A DNA stretch of 64,000 nucleotides, taken from NCBI GenBank assembly GCA_946612115.1, contig CAMOEI010000001.1, positions 40,813 to 104,812 on the forward strand. The letters are read 5' to 3'. Under the pieces are notes generated by a model, which made no database searches, was not told the DNA's origin, and saw only the letters and a list, made by a program, of their open reading frames with translations. Positions within the stretch are counted from its first letter, which is position 1. The number at the start of each line of letters is the position of its first letter. The position numbers and the translations under genes were made by a program. The stretch comes from an uncultured Bacillales bacterium. GTDB taxonomy: Bacteria; Bacillota_I; Bacilli_A; RFN20; CAG-826. Positions 29,783-39,017 of the stretch are shown piece by piece.

Positions 29783-32083
29783 ATGCAAGATATCTATCAG
29801 ACCTTTGAATTTAATAAAATCTTAGAGGAAATTGCCTTTTTAACGAAAACCGAAAAAGGAAAAGAGCTTGTTCTTTCTTTATCTTTTTCCGCTGATAGAA
29901 AAAAGATTAAATTTGATTTAGATGAACTTAACGAGATGATCACTTTCATCTATCGATATTCAAATCTTCCTATCGAAGCCAGTAAACACTTATTAAAGAT
30001 TATTGAGATGGGTAAGAAAACCGCAATTCTCACTCCAAATGATTTCTATTTCATCCTTAATGATGTTATTACATCAAATAAAATCTTAGAAACATTTAGA
30101 AAATATGAGTCTAATTTCCCATTATTAAAAGCAAGAGTGGATCTCTTCAAAGATTTATCTAGTCTAGAAAAAGAGATCAAAAGAGTGATTACTCCAAGTC
30201 TCACTATAAGTGATAACGCTACTCCAGAACTAAAAGAAATAAGAAGAGATATTAAAAATTTAGAAGCAAATTTACATTCTAAATTAGGAAGTATTGTCTA
30301 TAAATATTCTGAATATCTTAATGATGGCAATCTCACGATTAGAGATGGACATTTTGTTTTACCTGTAAAAACAGCCTATAAAAATAAAATCCTTGGTTTA
30401 GTCTACGATGTCTCCGATAGTGGTAATACCACATTCATTGAACCTTTAGAAATTGTTCAACTAAATAACGACATCGCTTCTAAAAGAGCTTTAGAAAATG
30501 AAGAAATAAGAAAAATCCTAAAAGGATTAACTTCTTTAGTGTTATTACAAGAAGATGAAATCATCAATAATAACGAAATCATTGCGTATTTAGATTTTTT
30601 AACCGCTAAAGCGAGATATTCATTGAATGAAGATTTAGTGATCGCTGAACTTTCTAATGATCAAGAAGTCTCTTTAATTGAGGCTAGACATCCATTAATT
30701 GATAAATCTAAAGTTGTGAGAAATGATTATGTCCTTTCTAAAGATAAACATATCGTGATTATTTCTGGACCTAACGCTGGAGGAAAAACAGTCTCAATTA
30801 AAACTGTGGGTTTACTTGTTTTAATGAATCAATCTGGACTAGCTGTGCCTGCTAAAAAAGCTAAACTAGGAATCTTCAACAACATTTATATTGATATCGG
30901 AGATAACCAATCATTAAGTGATAATTTATCAACTTTCTCCGCTCACATGAAAAATATCGGAGAAATCTTAGATGTTGTCAAAGGCAATGATTTAGTCTTG
31001 ATTGATGAATTAGGAACTGGAACTGATCCAAAAGAAGGAGAAATCCTTTCTATTGGAATAGTGAAGTATTTAGAAAAGAAGCATCCTGTGTGTCTAATTA
31101 GTTCTCATTATTCAAAACTCAAAGAATACGCTTATATTTCAAATAACATTGAAAATAGTTCGATGCTTTTTGACGAAGAAAAGTTGCTTCCAACATATAT
31201 TTATAAGCATTCCGCTCCTGGGAAAAGCTATGGTGTTGAAGTCGCTACACGATACGGAATCAAACAAGAAGTTATTAACGACGCCCAAGAGCTACTTAAT
31301 AAAGAAGATGATTCTTTTGAAATTATTATCGACAAACTCAATCGCCAAGTCGCTGAAAACGAACGTTTAAAAGGCGAATTAGAAAAAGAGAATAAAATAC
31401 TCGAAAATGAGAAAAAAGCCCTTGAAAGCGCTCAAAAAGCCTTAAAGAATCAAAAAGAACATCTCTTAGAGGAAGTCAAAAAAGAAAAAGAACAGATTTT
31501 ACTAGATACCAGAGAAGAAATTGATGAAATCATGTCGAGTTTATCTAAAGGAGATATCAAACTTCATGAAGTCATCGAAGCTAAAAAAAGATTAGATAAC
31601 TTAGAAGATAAAGAAGTAGAAATCATCTATGATGAGGAGATCAGATTAAATGATTATGTCTCCATTCCATCTTTAGGATTAGAAGGAAAAGTTAAAAGAA
31701 TTAATGGAAAGAAATGTCTTATCTCTTCTAGTGATGGACTTGATTTTGAAGTTGATAAAGAAAAACTTCACAAAATCGACGCTCCTAAAGTCAATAAAAC
31801 GAAAACAAGTAAGGCTAATTACGAATATAAGATCAACACGAAAGTTGGTCTAGAACTCAACATCATCGGTTTAAGAAGAGACGAAGCGAAGGCAGAACTC
31901 GTGAAATATCTTGATAATGTGAGACTAAAAAATATCAAGACCTGTCGAATAATCCACGGCTTTGGTAGTGGAATCTTAAGAAAGATGGTCCATGATTATC
32001 TAGACACTCAAAAAGATTTATCGTATCGCTTAGGAGATATTAATGAAGGCGGCGGAGGGGCCACTGTGGTGAACTTCAAATGA
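29783..32083 (+). CDS. mutS2: endonuclease MutS2 (MutS domain + Smr)
   Basis: 766 aa; Walker A GPNAGGKT, DELGTGTDP, coiled-coil linker, C-terminal Smr (LNIIGLRRDEA...IIHGFGSGILR). Confidence 0.93.
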   Translation: MQDIYQTFEFNKILEEIAFLTKTEKGKELVLSLSFSADRKKIKFDLDELNEMITFIYRYSNLPIEASKHLLKIIEMGKKTAILTPNDFYFILNDVITSNKILETFRKYESNFPLLKARVDLFKDLSSLEKEIKRVITPSLTISDNATPELKEIRRDIKNLEANLHSKLGSIVYKYSEYLNDGNLTIRDGHFVLPVKTAYKNKILGLVYDVSDSGNTTFIEPLEIVQLNNDIASKRALENEEIRKILKGLTSLVLLQEDEIINNNEIIAYLDFLTAKARYSLNEDLVIAELSNDQEVSLIEARHPLIDKSKVVRNDYVLSKDKHIVIISGPNAGGKTVSIKTVGLLVLMNQSGLAVPAKKAKLGIFNNIYIDIGDNQSLSDNLSTFSAHMKNIGEILDVVKGNDLVLIDELGTGTDPKEGEILSIGIVKYLEKKHPVCLISSHYSKLKEYAYISNNIENSSMLFDEEKLLPTYIYKHSAPGKSYGVEVATRYGIKQEVINDAQELLNKEDDSFEIIIDKLNRQVAENERLKGELEKENKILENEKKALESAQKALKNQKEHLLEEVKKEKEQILLDTREEIDEIMSSLSKGDIKLHEVIEAKKRLDNLEDKEVEIIYDEEIRLNDYVSIPSLGLEGKVKRINGKKCLISSSDGLDFEVDKEKLHKIDAPKVNKTKTSKANYEYKINTKVGLELNIIGLRRDEAKAELVKYLDNVRLKNIKTCRIIHGFGSGILRKMVHDYLDTQKDLSYRLGDINEGGGGATVVNFK

Positions 32084-33831
32084 ATGAAAGAATCAAAGTC
32101 TTAATCTCTAATTTAAAGCACTCCCCAGGAGTGTATTTGATGCACGATAAAAATGATACTGTCATTTATGTTGGCAAAGCTAAAGACTTGCAAAAAAGAG
32201 TCTCTCAATATTTTTTAAGGCCTCAAACTGGAAAAGTTTTTAAGATGGTCCAAAACGTTGAATATTTTGAAACGATCATCGTTAATAATGAAAAAGAAGC
32301 TTTGATTCTTGAAATGAATTTAATTCATCAATATTACCCAAGATATAACATCCTTCTTAAAGATGGGAGTCATTATCCATATATCGCGATTAAAAAGAAA
32401 GGTGACATCACCTTAACAATTAAAAGAAATAATAAGGATAAGAATTATGATTATTTTGGACCGTTCCCAAATAGTGGAGCGGCCTATAAAATGGTCGATC
32501 TCATCCATAAGATTTATCCGATTAGAAAATGCCGCAATATTCCAAGTAGTGTTTGCCTATATTACCATTTAGGTCAATGTTTAGGACCTTGTGTAAATAA
32601 AATCCCAGAAGAAACCTATAGTGAATATCGCTCTAAAATCAAAGAATTCCTAAGAGGTAATAACCACGTAGAATTAATGGAATTAAAAGCCAAAAGAGAT
32701 AAGGCCAGTGAAGAACTTAATTATGAACTCGCCAAAGAGTATAGTGATTTAATTAAATCAATTGAGCACATAAACACCACTAGTAGTGTGGAGACTAATG
32801 ATAAAGTTGACCGCGATATCTTCGCCTATTCTTCTAGAAACGGTTATCTCGCTTTAGCTTTTCTCATCTATCGTAACGGCATGTTACTAGGAAAGGAGAC
32901 CCATGTTGTTGAGGCTTTTGGAGATGAAGAAGAACAAGTCGCTGATTTAATCTTCCAGTTATACGAAAGATGTCCTTTACCAACTGAAATCATTATTAAT
33001 AATGAAAATATCATCGAGAATTTATCGTCTTACTTAGATGTTAATTTTAATAATGTCACTAAAGGGAAGATCTATGAACTAGTGGTCTCCGCTAAAAGTA
33101 ATGCGAATAACGCCTTAGATGAATATTTCCTTTCTAGTAAATTAGACACTGATAAAATCGCTTTATTAGATGAATTAGGGGAGTTATTAAAAATACAAAC
33201 TCCATATCATATCGAATTATTTGATAATTCACATTTGCAAGGTTCTTCTCCAGTAGGAGCAATGGTCGCCTATATTAACGGAGAACCAAATAAAAATCTC
33301 TATCGTAAATTTAAAATCGAACACGAAGAAGCTCGAGACGACTTTAAGAGCATGCAAGAAGTCATTACTCGACATTATTCAAGATTAAAAAAAGAAGAGA
33401 AGAAATACCCTGATCTAATCTTAGTGGATGGAGGACTTCCGCAAGTTAAAAGTGCCACCTCAGCGTTAAAAGATATCGAAGTGGATATTCCTATCTTTGG
33501 TTTATATAAAAATGATAAGCATCAAACAGAAGGATTAATTGATATAAACGGTAATACATATCCAATTACTGATAAGAAGTTATTTTTCCTATTGACCAGG
33601 ATGCAAGATGAAGTCCATCGTTTTGCGATCTCTTTCCACAAAGAAAAAAGAAATAAAGCGATGACTGTCTCTTTATTAGATGATGTCAAAGGACTAGGAA
33701 ATAAAAGAAAAGAACTCATCCAAAGACTTTATCCAGATATCAACGAATTAAAAAATGCTTCATTAGAAGATTTATTTCAAATCCTCCCTAGTGAAGTCGC
33801 TAAAGAATTATTTGAAAAACTCCATCATTAA
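32080..33831 (+). CDS. uvrC: excinuclease ABC subunit C
   Basis: 583 aa; GIY-YIG N-terminus (GVYLMHDKNDTVIYVGKAKDLQKRVSQYF), UVR domain, endonuclease V-like and (HhH)2 C-terminus; ATGA overlap with mutS2. Confidence 0.95.
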   Translation: MNERIKVLISNLKHSPGVYLMHDKNDTVIYVGKAKDLQKRVSQYFLRPQTGKVFKMVQNVEYFETIIVNNEKEALILEMNLIHQYYPRYNILLKDGSHYPYIAIKKKGDITLTIKRNNKDKNYDYFGPFPNSGAAYKMVDLIHKIYPIRKCRNIPSSVCLYYHLGQCLGPCVNKIPEETYSEYRSKIKEFLRGNNHVELMELKAKRDKASEELNYELAKEYSDLIKSIEHINTTSSVETNDKVDRDIFAYSSRNGYLALAFLIYRNGMLLGKETHVVEAFGDEEEQVADLIFQLYERCPLPTEIIINNENIIENLSSYLDVNFNNVTKGKIYELVVSAKSNANNALDEYFLSSKLDTDKIALLDELGELLKIQTPYHIELFDNSHLQGSSPVGAMVAYINGEPNKNLYRKFKIEHEEARDDFKSMQEVITRHYSRLKKEEKKYPDLILVDGGLPQVKSATSALKDIEVDIPIFGLYKNDKHQTEGLIDINGNTYPITDKKLFFLLTRMQDEVHRFAISFHKEKRNKAMTVSLLDDVKGLGNKRKELIQRLYPDINELKNASLEDLFQILPSEVAKELFEKLHH

Positions 33832-33844
33832 GTTAATATTTAAC

Positions 33845-33873
33845 TTGCAAAAAGATTGTCTTTTAGTGATAAT
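33845..33873 (+). promoter_or_regulatory. sigma-70-type promoter for tRNA-Arg
   Basis: TTGCAA (33845-33850), 17-nt spacer, GATAAT (33868-33873), about 22 nt before the mature tRNA 5' end. Confidence 0.5.
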
Positions 33874-33895
33874 AGATACGCTAAATAGAAAAAAT

Positions 33896-33972
<77 letters not shown>

Positions 33973-34112
33973 TAATCGTATACATACTTTGATACAAAGT
34001 GGAATATGCGAAAAACCGCAAAAATGCTCAGAAATGGGCATTTTTTCTTATATTTCTAATAAATAATGAATAATTAGTCAGCTCTTTTGACAGAATCCTT
34101 GCTTCAGCTAGG

Positions 34113-34195
34113 TACCCTTTAGAAATACGGAAGCACCCCTTGGAAATACGGAAATACCTATGGGTAAGACAGAACACCCTTTTTAATACAGAACA
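34113..34195 (+). repeat. four tandem ~21-bp iterons upstream of the R-M operon
   Basis: TACCCTTTAGAAATACGGAAG (34113-34133), CACCCCTTGGAAATACGGAAA (34134-34154), TACCTATGGGTAAGACAGAA (34155-34174), CACCCTTTTTAATACAGAACA (34175-34195). Head-to-tail with no spacers, period about two helical turns. Confidence 0.8.
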
Positions 34196-34260
34196 AAAAA
34201 TAAAGAAAAAAATCATTTATACCCTTCACTAGAGGGGTATTTTATGATAGACTAACCCTA

Positions 34261-35433
34261 ATGAAAAAGATGTTAACTTATATTTCTTTATTTAGTAGTG
34301 CAGGTGTTGGTTGCTTTGGATTCAAAGAAGCTGGTTTTGAATGTGTAGCCACCAATGAACTCATAAAGAGAAGACTCGATGTTCAAAGATTCAATAAAAA
34401 GTGTAAATTTGATAGTGGCTATATATGTGGAGACATTACCAAAAGTGAAACTAAAAAACTTTTATTTAATGAAATAGCACTTTGGCAAGAATCTTTTGGA
34501 ATAAAAGACATTGATGTAATAATTGCAACTCCTCCTTGCCAAGGCATGTCTGTTGCTAATCACAAAAAAGCTGATGATGAGATTATAAGAAATTCACTAG
34601 TCATTGAATCTATAAAACTCATCAAAGAAATTAAACCTAGATTCTTTGTTTTTGAAAACGTTCCTTTATTTTTGAAAACGATATGCACCGATATTGACAA
34701 AACAAATAAACCTATTTCAGAAGCTATAAGTTTAAATTTAGGAGATGATTACAATTATATTGGAGAGGTAATTAATTTTAAGAACTATGGCTCCAATTCA
34801 AGTAGAAAAAGAACGCTTGTAATAGGCGTGAGAAAAGACATAAATTGCAATCCTAAAGAATTATTTCCAGACTATACTGAGGAAAAAACACTTAGAGAAA
34901 CTATTGGGCATTTAATGCCTTTGACAGAACCTTATCAATTTGATCCAAATGATGCCTATCATTTTTTTAGAGGCTATCCAGAAAGAATGCGTAGATGGAT
35001 TGCTGCAACGCCAGAGGGATGCTCGGCTTTTGACAATAAAAGAATTGAAGATAGACCAAACCAAATCAAAAATGGAAAACTAGTTGAAAATGTTAGAAAA
35101 AATTCAGACAAATATACTCGTTTAAGATGGGACGTTGTTGGCCCTTGCGTTCATACTAGAAACGACCAATTAGCTAGTCAAAACACAATACATCCTAAGG
35201 ATGATAGAGTTTTCAGCATAAGAGAATTGATGATTCTAATGACCATACCAGAAACGTTTATGTGGTCTGAATATTCTCTTGAAGAACTTAATAAAATGAG
35301 TGTCGAAGAAAAAAGAGCTTATATGAAAAAGGAAGAAATAAAAATTAGGCAATCGATAGGGGAAGCAGTGCCTACTATAATTTTTAAGCAAATTGCTAAT
35401 AAAATAAAAAAATGGATAAAAAGTCAAAACTAA
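34261..35433 (+). CDS. DNA (cytosine-5) methyltransferase
   Basis: Motif I FSSAGVGCFGF, motif IV PPCQGMS, motif VI FENVP, SSRKRT (motif VIII-like), motif X GEAVP. No SD before the ATG. Confidence 0.9.
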   Translation: MKKMLTYISLFSSAGVGCFGFKEAGFECVATNELIKRRLDVQRFNKKCKFDSGYICGDITKSETKKLLFNEIALWQESFGIKDIDVIIATPPCQGMSVANHKKADDEIIRNSLVIESIKLIKEIKPRFFVFENVPLFLKTICTDIDKTNKPISEAISLNLGDDYNYIGEVINFKNYGSNSSRKRTLVIGVRKDINCNPKELFPDYTEEKTLRETIGHLMPLTEPYQFDPNDAYHFFRGYPERMRRWIAATPEGCSAFDNKRIEDRPNQIKNGKLVENVRKNSDKYTRLRWDVVGPCVHTRNDQLASQNTIHPKDDRVFSIRELMILMTIPETFMWSEYSLEELNKMSVEEKRAYMKKEEIKIRQSIGEAVPTIIFKQIANKIKKWIKSQN

Positions 35434-36758
35434 ACCTCGCAAAAGTATCAAGAATTATTAAAGAATATGGTTTGTCAACAACGGAAAAAATCATTTCTTT
35501 TTTAATTACCAACGAAAATAAGTACTCTTTTTTTGATTTGTCCAAAATTGCCGAAAATGCTAACCAGCTGAGAATGGAAAACTCGGCTTACTATACGGAT
35601 GAAGAATTATTAGAAGTAATCGAGAAAGAGCTTCCTGAGTTTCAAAAAGAAGATATCAGGATTTTAGAACCATCGGTTGGAGTGGGGAATTTTTTACCAT
35701 TACTTTTCAAAAAATATCAAGGCAAAAAAATGCGTATTGATGTTGTTGATTTAGATAATGATTCTTTGGAAATATTAAAGACTCTTTTAAGCTTTTTGGA
35801 CTTGCCATCCAATATTAAGATTTCTTTCTTCAATGAAGATTTCTGTTGCTGGAGCACTAAAAATAGATATGATTTAGCTATTGGCAACCCTCCATTTAGT
35901 AAAATAAAAAAAGATTATTTTACCAACAAAGAAACGAAATATTACTATAACTTAGACTCTACTAATTTGGCTTCTTATTTTTATGAAAAATGTGTCAATC
36001 TATCCGATTATGTTTGTATGGTTCTTCCAAAGAATATTCTTAATACTCCTGAATTCGGAAAAACTAGAGATTTTTTAAGAAAGAAAGATATTCAATCAAT
36101 AATAGATTTTGGTGAAAATGGTTTCAAAGGTGTTTTGGTTGAGACAATTTTTATCAAAACATCAACAATGACCTCAGGAAATAAAACGAAAGTTTATTCT
36201 TTGACTAAGGATTTAGAATTAGTACAAAAAAGAGATTATATAACTGATCCAAAACTCCCTTATTGGGTTATTTTTAGAAATGAATTTTTTGATGATTTTT
36301 CTTCAAAACTAGAGTTTGATGTTTTTACTTGTTTTAGAGATAGACAACTTACTTCAAAAAACACCTCTTTCTCCAAAGGAGAAATTAGGGTATTGAAGTC
36401 AAGAAATATATCAGATGATGGTCAATCGATAATTGACTTGCCTGGCTATGATGAATACATCTCAAAAGCTGAAGCTGAAAGCAAGGCTGTTTATTCTTAT
36501 CTTAACATGGAAAACGTTTATCTTACCCCAAACATGACTTATAAGGTAAGAGTAATGAAAAAACCAAATGGATATTTGGTAAATGGCTCTGTTGCTATAC
36601 TTCTTCCAAAAAGAAGGATAAACTTAAATAAAGAAGATCTCATTTTCTTCAGTTCAGACGAATATAGGAATTTCATGCAAATTGCAAGAAATTACCAAAC
36701 TAGAACCTTAAATATTGATTCTACGTCTGTTTACTTTTTTGGAATTAGGAGGAAGTAA
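35412..36758 (+). CDS. N6-adenine DNA methyltransferase (gamma class, Eco57I/TaqI-like)
   Basis: Motif I ILEPSVGVGNFL followed by motif IV GNPPF, then a long C-terminal target-recognition region. 22-nt overlap with the m5C MTase gene. Confidence 0.85.
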   Translation: MDKKSKLNLAKVSRIIKEYGLSTTEKIISFLITNENKYSFFDLSKIAENANQLRMENSAYYTDEELLEVIEKELPEFQKEDIRILEPSVGVGNFLPLLFKKYQGKKMRIDVVDLDNDSLEILKTLLSFLDLPSNIKISFFNEDFCCWSTKNRYDLAIGNPPFSKIKKDYFTNKETKYYYNLDSTNLASYFYEKCVNLSDYVCMVLPKNILNTPEFGKTRDFLRKKDIQSIIDFGENGFKGVLVETIFIKTSTMTSGNKTKVYSLTKDLELVQKRDYITDPKLPYWVIFRNEFFDDFSSKLEFDVFTCFRDRQLTSKNTSFSKGEIRVLKSRNISDDGQSIIDLPGYDEYISKAEAESKAVYSYLNMENVYLTPNMTYKVRVMKKPNGYLVNGSVAILLPKRRINLNKEDLIFFSSDEYRNFMQIARNYQTRTLNIDSTSVYFFGIRRK

Positions 36759-36760
36759 TC

Positions 36761-37993
36761 ATGTTATCTGATAGTGATGTTTTAAACTTTATTTCAAGTC
36801 ACCCATCTTATGATATTAGAGCATCGCACAATGCTAGATGGATAGATCAAAAATGCACTCCAGATGTTTTGTCAATGATAAGTGACTGTATTATGGACTA
36901 TTACTTCCATAATCCTGGTAGTTCATTTACTTCTCAAGATATATGGCATTCTGATTATGCTCGTGATAACGTTTTTGCTGTTTTCCAAAAGCCTGATGTA
37001 AATTCCAAAAAGGCTATTGCGGAATACAACAAATTTTTTATGCAACCAATGGAACTTTTGGCTTATTCTGGAGTTTTGAATCGTGTTAAGAAAGGTAATC
37101 AAAATGTTTATTCAATCGTTAATAAAGACGTTCTTGAATACATTGCAATTAGAGAAAGAAACGCTATTAAATTTTTAGTGGCCTATATAGAAAAAGTCCT
37201 TGAAGATTCTGGTATTTTTATTGCTTTTAAAATGTTCTTCGATAGACAAATTGCGACTCAATTTGACTCTTTGAAAGATTCTTATACGAATTTCATCATC
37301 AATAACACTCCAATTAATGGTGCAGTAGAAGTGCACAGAATTTTTACTAAAGTTATTAATCCTCTTGCATATGTTCGAACTGCATATGGAGCCGAAAGAG
37401 GTCACATGTCTAAAGACATTATTACCTTTGACATGCTTATGTATAATCGTAAAAATTTTAGAGATATTTATTCAGCTAAGCCAAAAGACGTCACAAGAAA
37501 AGAACATGCTTCAAGTGGAGCGATGGTTACTCCATCTGGTTCCGCTCTTACTACTTATTTAATTAATAGAGCCAAGAAATATGTTAGACAGTATAACAAT
37601 GACTTTAATGCTGGAAGACCTGAATATACTCCTGAATCAGGTGGGTTACCAGGTACTCATGTTCATCATATCTTTCCTGAAGCTTCATTCCCTACTTTAG
37701 CATATGTAGTAGAGAATTTGATTTGTATCACTCCTGGGCAGCATTTATCAAGAGCTCATCCTGGAGGCAATACTTCTCGTGTTGATACTAACTATCAAGC
37801 TCTTTTGCTCGTTGCGAAAGCAGATACTATTGAGCAGGATTACAGCATGTCTAGAGGTTTCTATGATTTTGACAGATTTATTGATGTTTTAGTTACTGGA
37901 TATGGAGATAAAAACTTTTCCGCTGTAAATCATTTAGATTTTCCTGTTGTTAAAACAATGATAATGAAATATTACGTTAGCGGTACAATTTAA
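36761..37993 (+). CDS. putative restriction endonuclease with C-terminal HNH (beta-beta-alpha-Me) motif
   Basis: 410 aa, no MTase motifs. GTHVHHIFPEASFPTLAYVVENLICITPGQHLSRAH reads as H..HH / N / H of an HNH site. Starts 2 nt after the m6A MTase stop. Confidence 0.6.
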   Translation: MLSDSDVLNFISSHPSYDIRASHNARWIDQKCTPDVLSMISDCIMDYYFHNPGSSFTSQDIWHSDYARDNVFAVFQKPDVNSKKAIAEYNKFFMQPMELLAYSGVLNRVKKGNQNVYSIVNKDVLEYIAIRERNAIKFLVAYIEKVLEDSGIFIAFKMFFDRQIATQFDSLKDSYTNFIINNTPINGAVEVHRIFTKVINPLAYVRTAYGAERGHMSKDIITFDMLMYNRKNFRDIYSAKPKDVTRKEHASSGAMVTPSGSALTTYLINRAKKYVRQYNNDFNAGRPEYTPESGGLPGTHVHHIFPEASFPTLAYVVENLICITPGQHLSRAHPGGNTSRVDTNYQALLLVAKADTIEQDYSMSRGFYDFDRFIDVLVTGYGDKNFSAVNHLDFPVVKTMIMKYYVSGTI

Positions 37994-38006
37994 AGGAGTC
38001 GTTTTT

Positions 38007-38435
38007 ATGAAGACAATTGTATTGAGATTTTCTGACAGCTTTGCTCCTAAGGATGGCACATTAGCTGAACATGAAAAAATGATCCAAGAATATGGATATG
38101 TTTGGTGGGGGAAAAGAGGACCAAGAATTTCACAAAAAGTAGTTAAAAATATTATTTGTGATGGAGTTGGAAAAGTTCTTTTAGTAAGAGGCGGAACTAA
38201 AGAAAAATATTGGGCCACTGTTACTGAAATATCAGATGGTTGTCCTCAAAAATCAAGAGTCCCTGAATACTATAGAGGAGACGTTGCGTTTTATGGCAGC
38301 TTCTTGAAAGTTACCAAAATTGAAAGAGCTCCAGATGATGTTTTGGAACATTTGTTTGTTTCCACAACTGGGGCAAAAATGTCCGATATTATAAATAAAG
38401 CGATGGCTTCTTATTTTATTGTTGAAGAAAAATAA
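38007..38435 (+). CDS. hypothetical protein, 142 aa, co-operonic with R-M genes
   Basis: AAGGAG 8 nt upstream. Beta-strand-rich pattern with GYVWWGKRGPRIS. No family recognised by eye. Confidence 0.6.
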   Translation: MKTIVLRFSDSFAPKDGTLAEHEKMIQEYGYVWWGKRGPRISQKVVKNIICDGVGKVLLVRGGTKEKYWATVTEISDGCPQKSRVPEYYRGDVAFYGSFLKVTKIERAPDDVLEHLFVSTTGAKMSDIINKAMASYFIVEEK

Positions 38436-38716
38436 TGCTCGATAAAAAACAACGAATCAAAATCTCTCAAGATAGAACTAAGATTTGCAAATACTGCATT
38501 GGTGATTTAGTTGTGGTCACTTTTGATAAATATGGCAAACACACCTTTATAGGTAAAGTAGAAGAAGTGGCTGAGAATATGCATGACCTTGAAGGTGTAT
38601 GGATTTCAGTGCTTCCAGTCAAAGAATACAATAGCGATGAAACCGCAAAAAGAATGATTCGTGAAAAAATCCGCTGCATGGTTCCACTTAAAGATATAAG
38701 GGATTTACCAAATTAG
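38435..38716 (+). CDS. hypothetical protein, 93 aa
   Basis: ATG overlaps the previous stop (TAATG). CKYC pair, otherwise no recognisable motif. Confidence 0.55.
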   Translation: MLDKKQRIKISQDRTKICKYCIGDLVVVTFDKYGKHTFIGKVEEVAENMHDLEGVWISVLPVKEYNSDETAKRMIREKIRCMVPLKDIRDLPN

Positions 38717-38717
38717 T

Positions 38718-38975
38718 ATGGCGGATTCAAGATTCAATAAACTCTATATCCTTAAAATAGAGGATGGCGAAATAGACCGTTTAAGACACGTTTGTGAGGA
38801 TTTCCGAATCTCGGACAATGGGGCATTTGAAAATGCCACCAGCTTCCATAGAATATGGGGAATTAACGAAAATGGACTCATTTATCTATCTTATGGAATG
38901 GCTCAACGAGGATTTGACTTTAATTCAATTGACGAGCTTGAAGATTTTCTAGATAAATTCGAAACGAAAAATTAA
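38718..38975 (+). CDS. hypothetical protein, 85 aa
   Basis: Starts 1 nt after the previous stop (TAGTATG). Acidic C-terminus. No recognisable motif. Confidence 0.55.
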   Translation: MADSRFNKLYILKIEDGEIDRLRHVCEDFRISDNGAFENATSFHRIWGINENGLIYLSYGMAQRGFDFNSIDELEDFLDKFETKN

Positions 38976-39016
38976 AAGAGGTGGAATTGTGAGAAATCGC
39001 AAATCCCCTCTTTTTT
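38975..39016. terminator. strong bidirectional terminator shared by the two convergent defence operons
   Basis: AAAGAGG-t-GGA-a-TTGTGA GAAA TCGCAA-a-TCC-CCTCTTT: about 16 paired positions closed by a GAAA tetraloop. T run on the plus strand (39011-39016), A-rich run on the left serving the minus strand. Confidence 0.8.
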
Positions 39017-39017
39017 A

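Noticed and set aside
34113-34195. Whether the tandem 21-bp repeats could be a CRISPR array
   Set aside because: The units are directly abutting with no spacers, they are degenerate, and no cas genes are present. I classed them as iterons or an operator array instead.
34028-34216. 62-aa minus-strand ORF over the iteron region (contains YFRISKGCFRISKGY)
   Set aside because: Its internal amino-acid repeat is simply the translation of the DNA iterons. It has no SD and sits in a promoter region, so it is unlikely to be a gene.
38007-38435. Assigning the 142-aa protein as Vsr (very short patch repair) or as a controller C protein because it follows an m5C MTase
   Set aside because: It has no similarity to the Vsr catalytic pattern (e.g. 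the FVDGCFWHGH-type motif). It also has no HTH of C-protein type and is too large for a C protein, so it is left as hypothetical.
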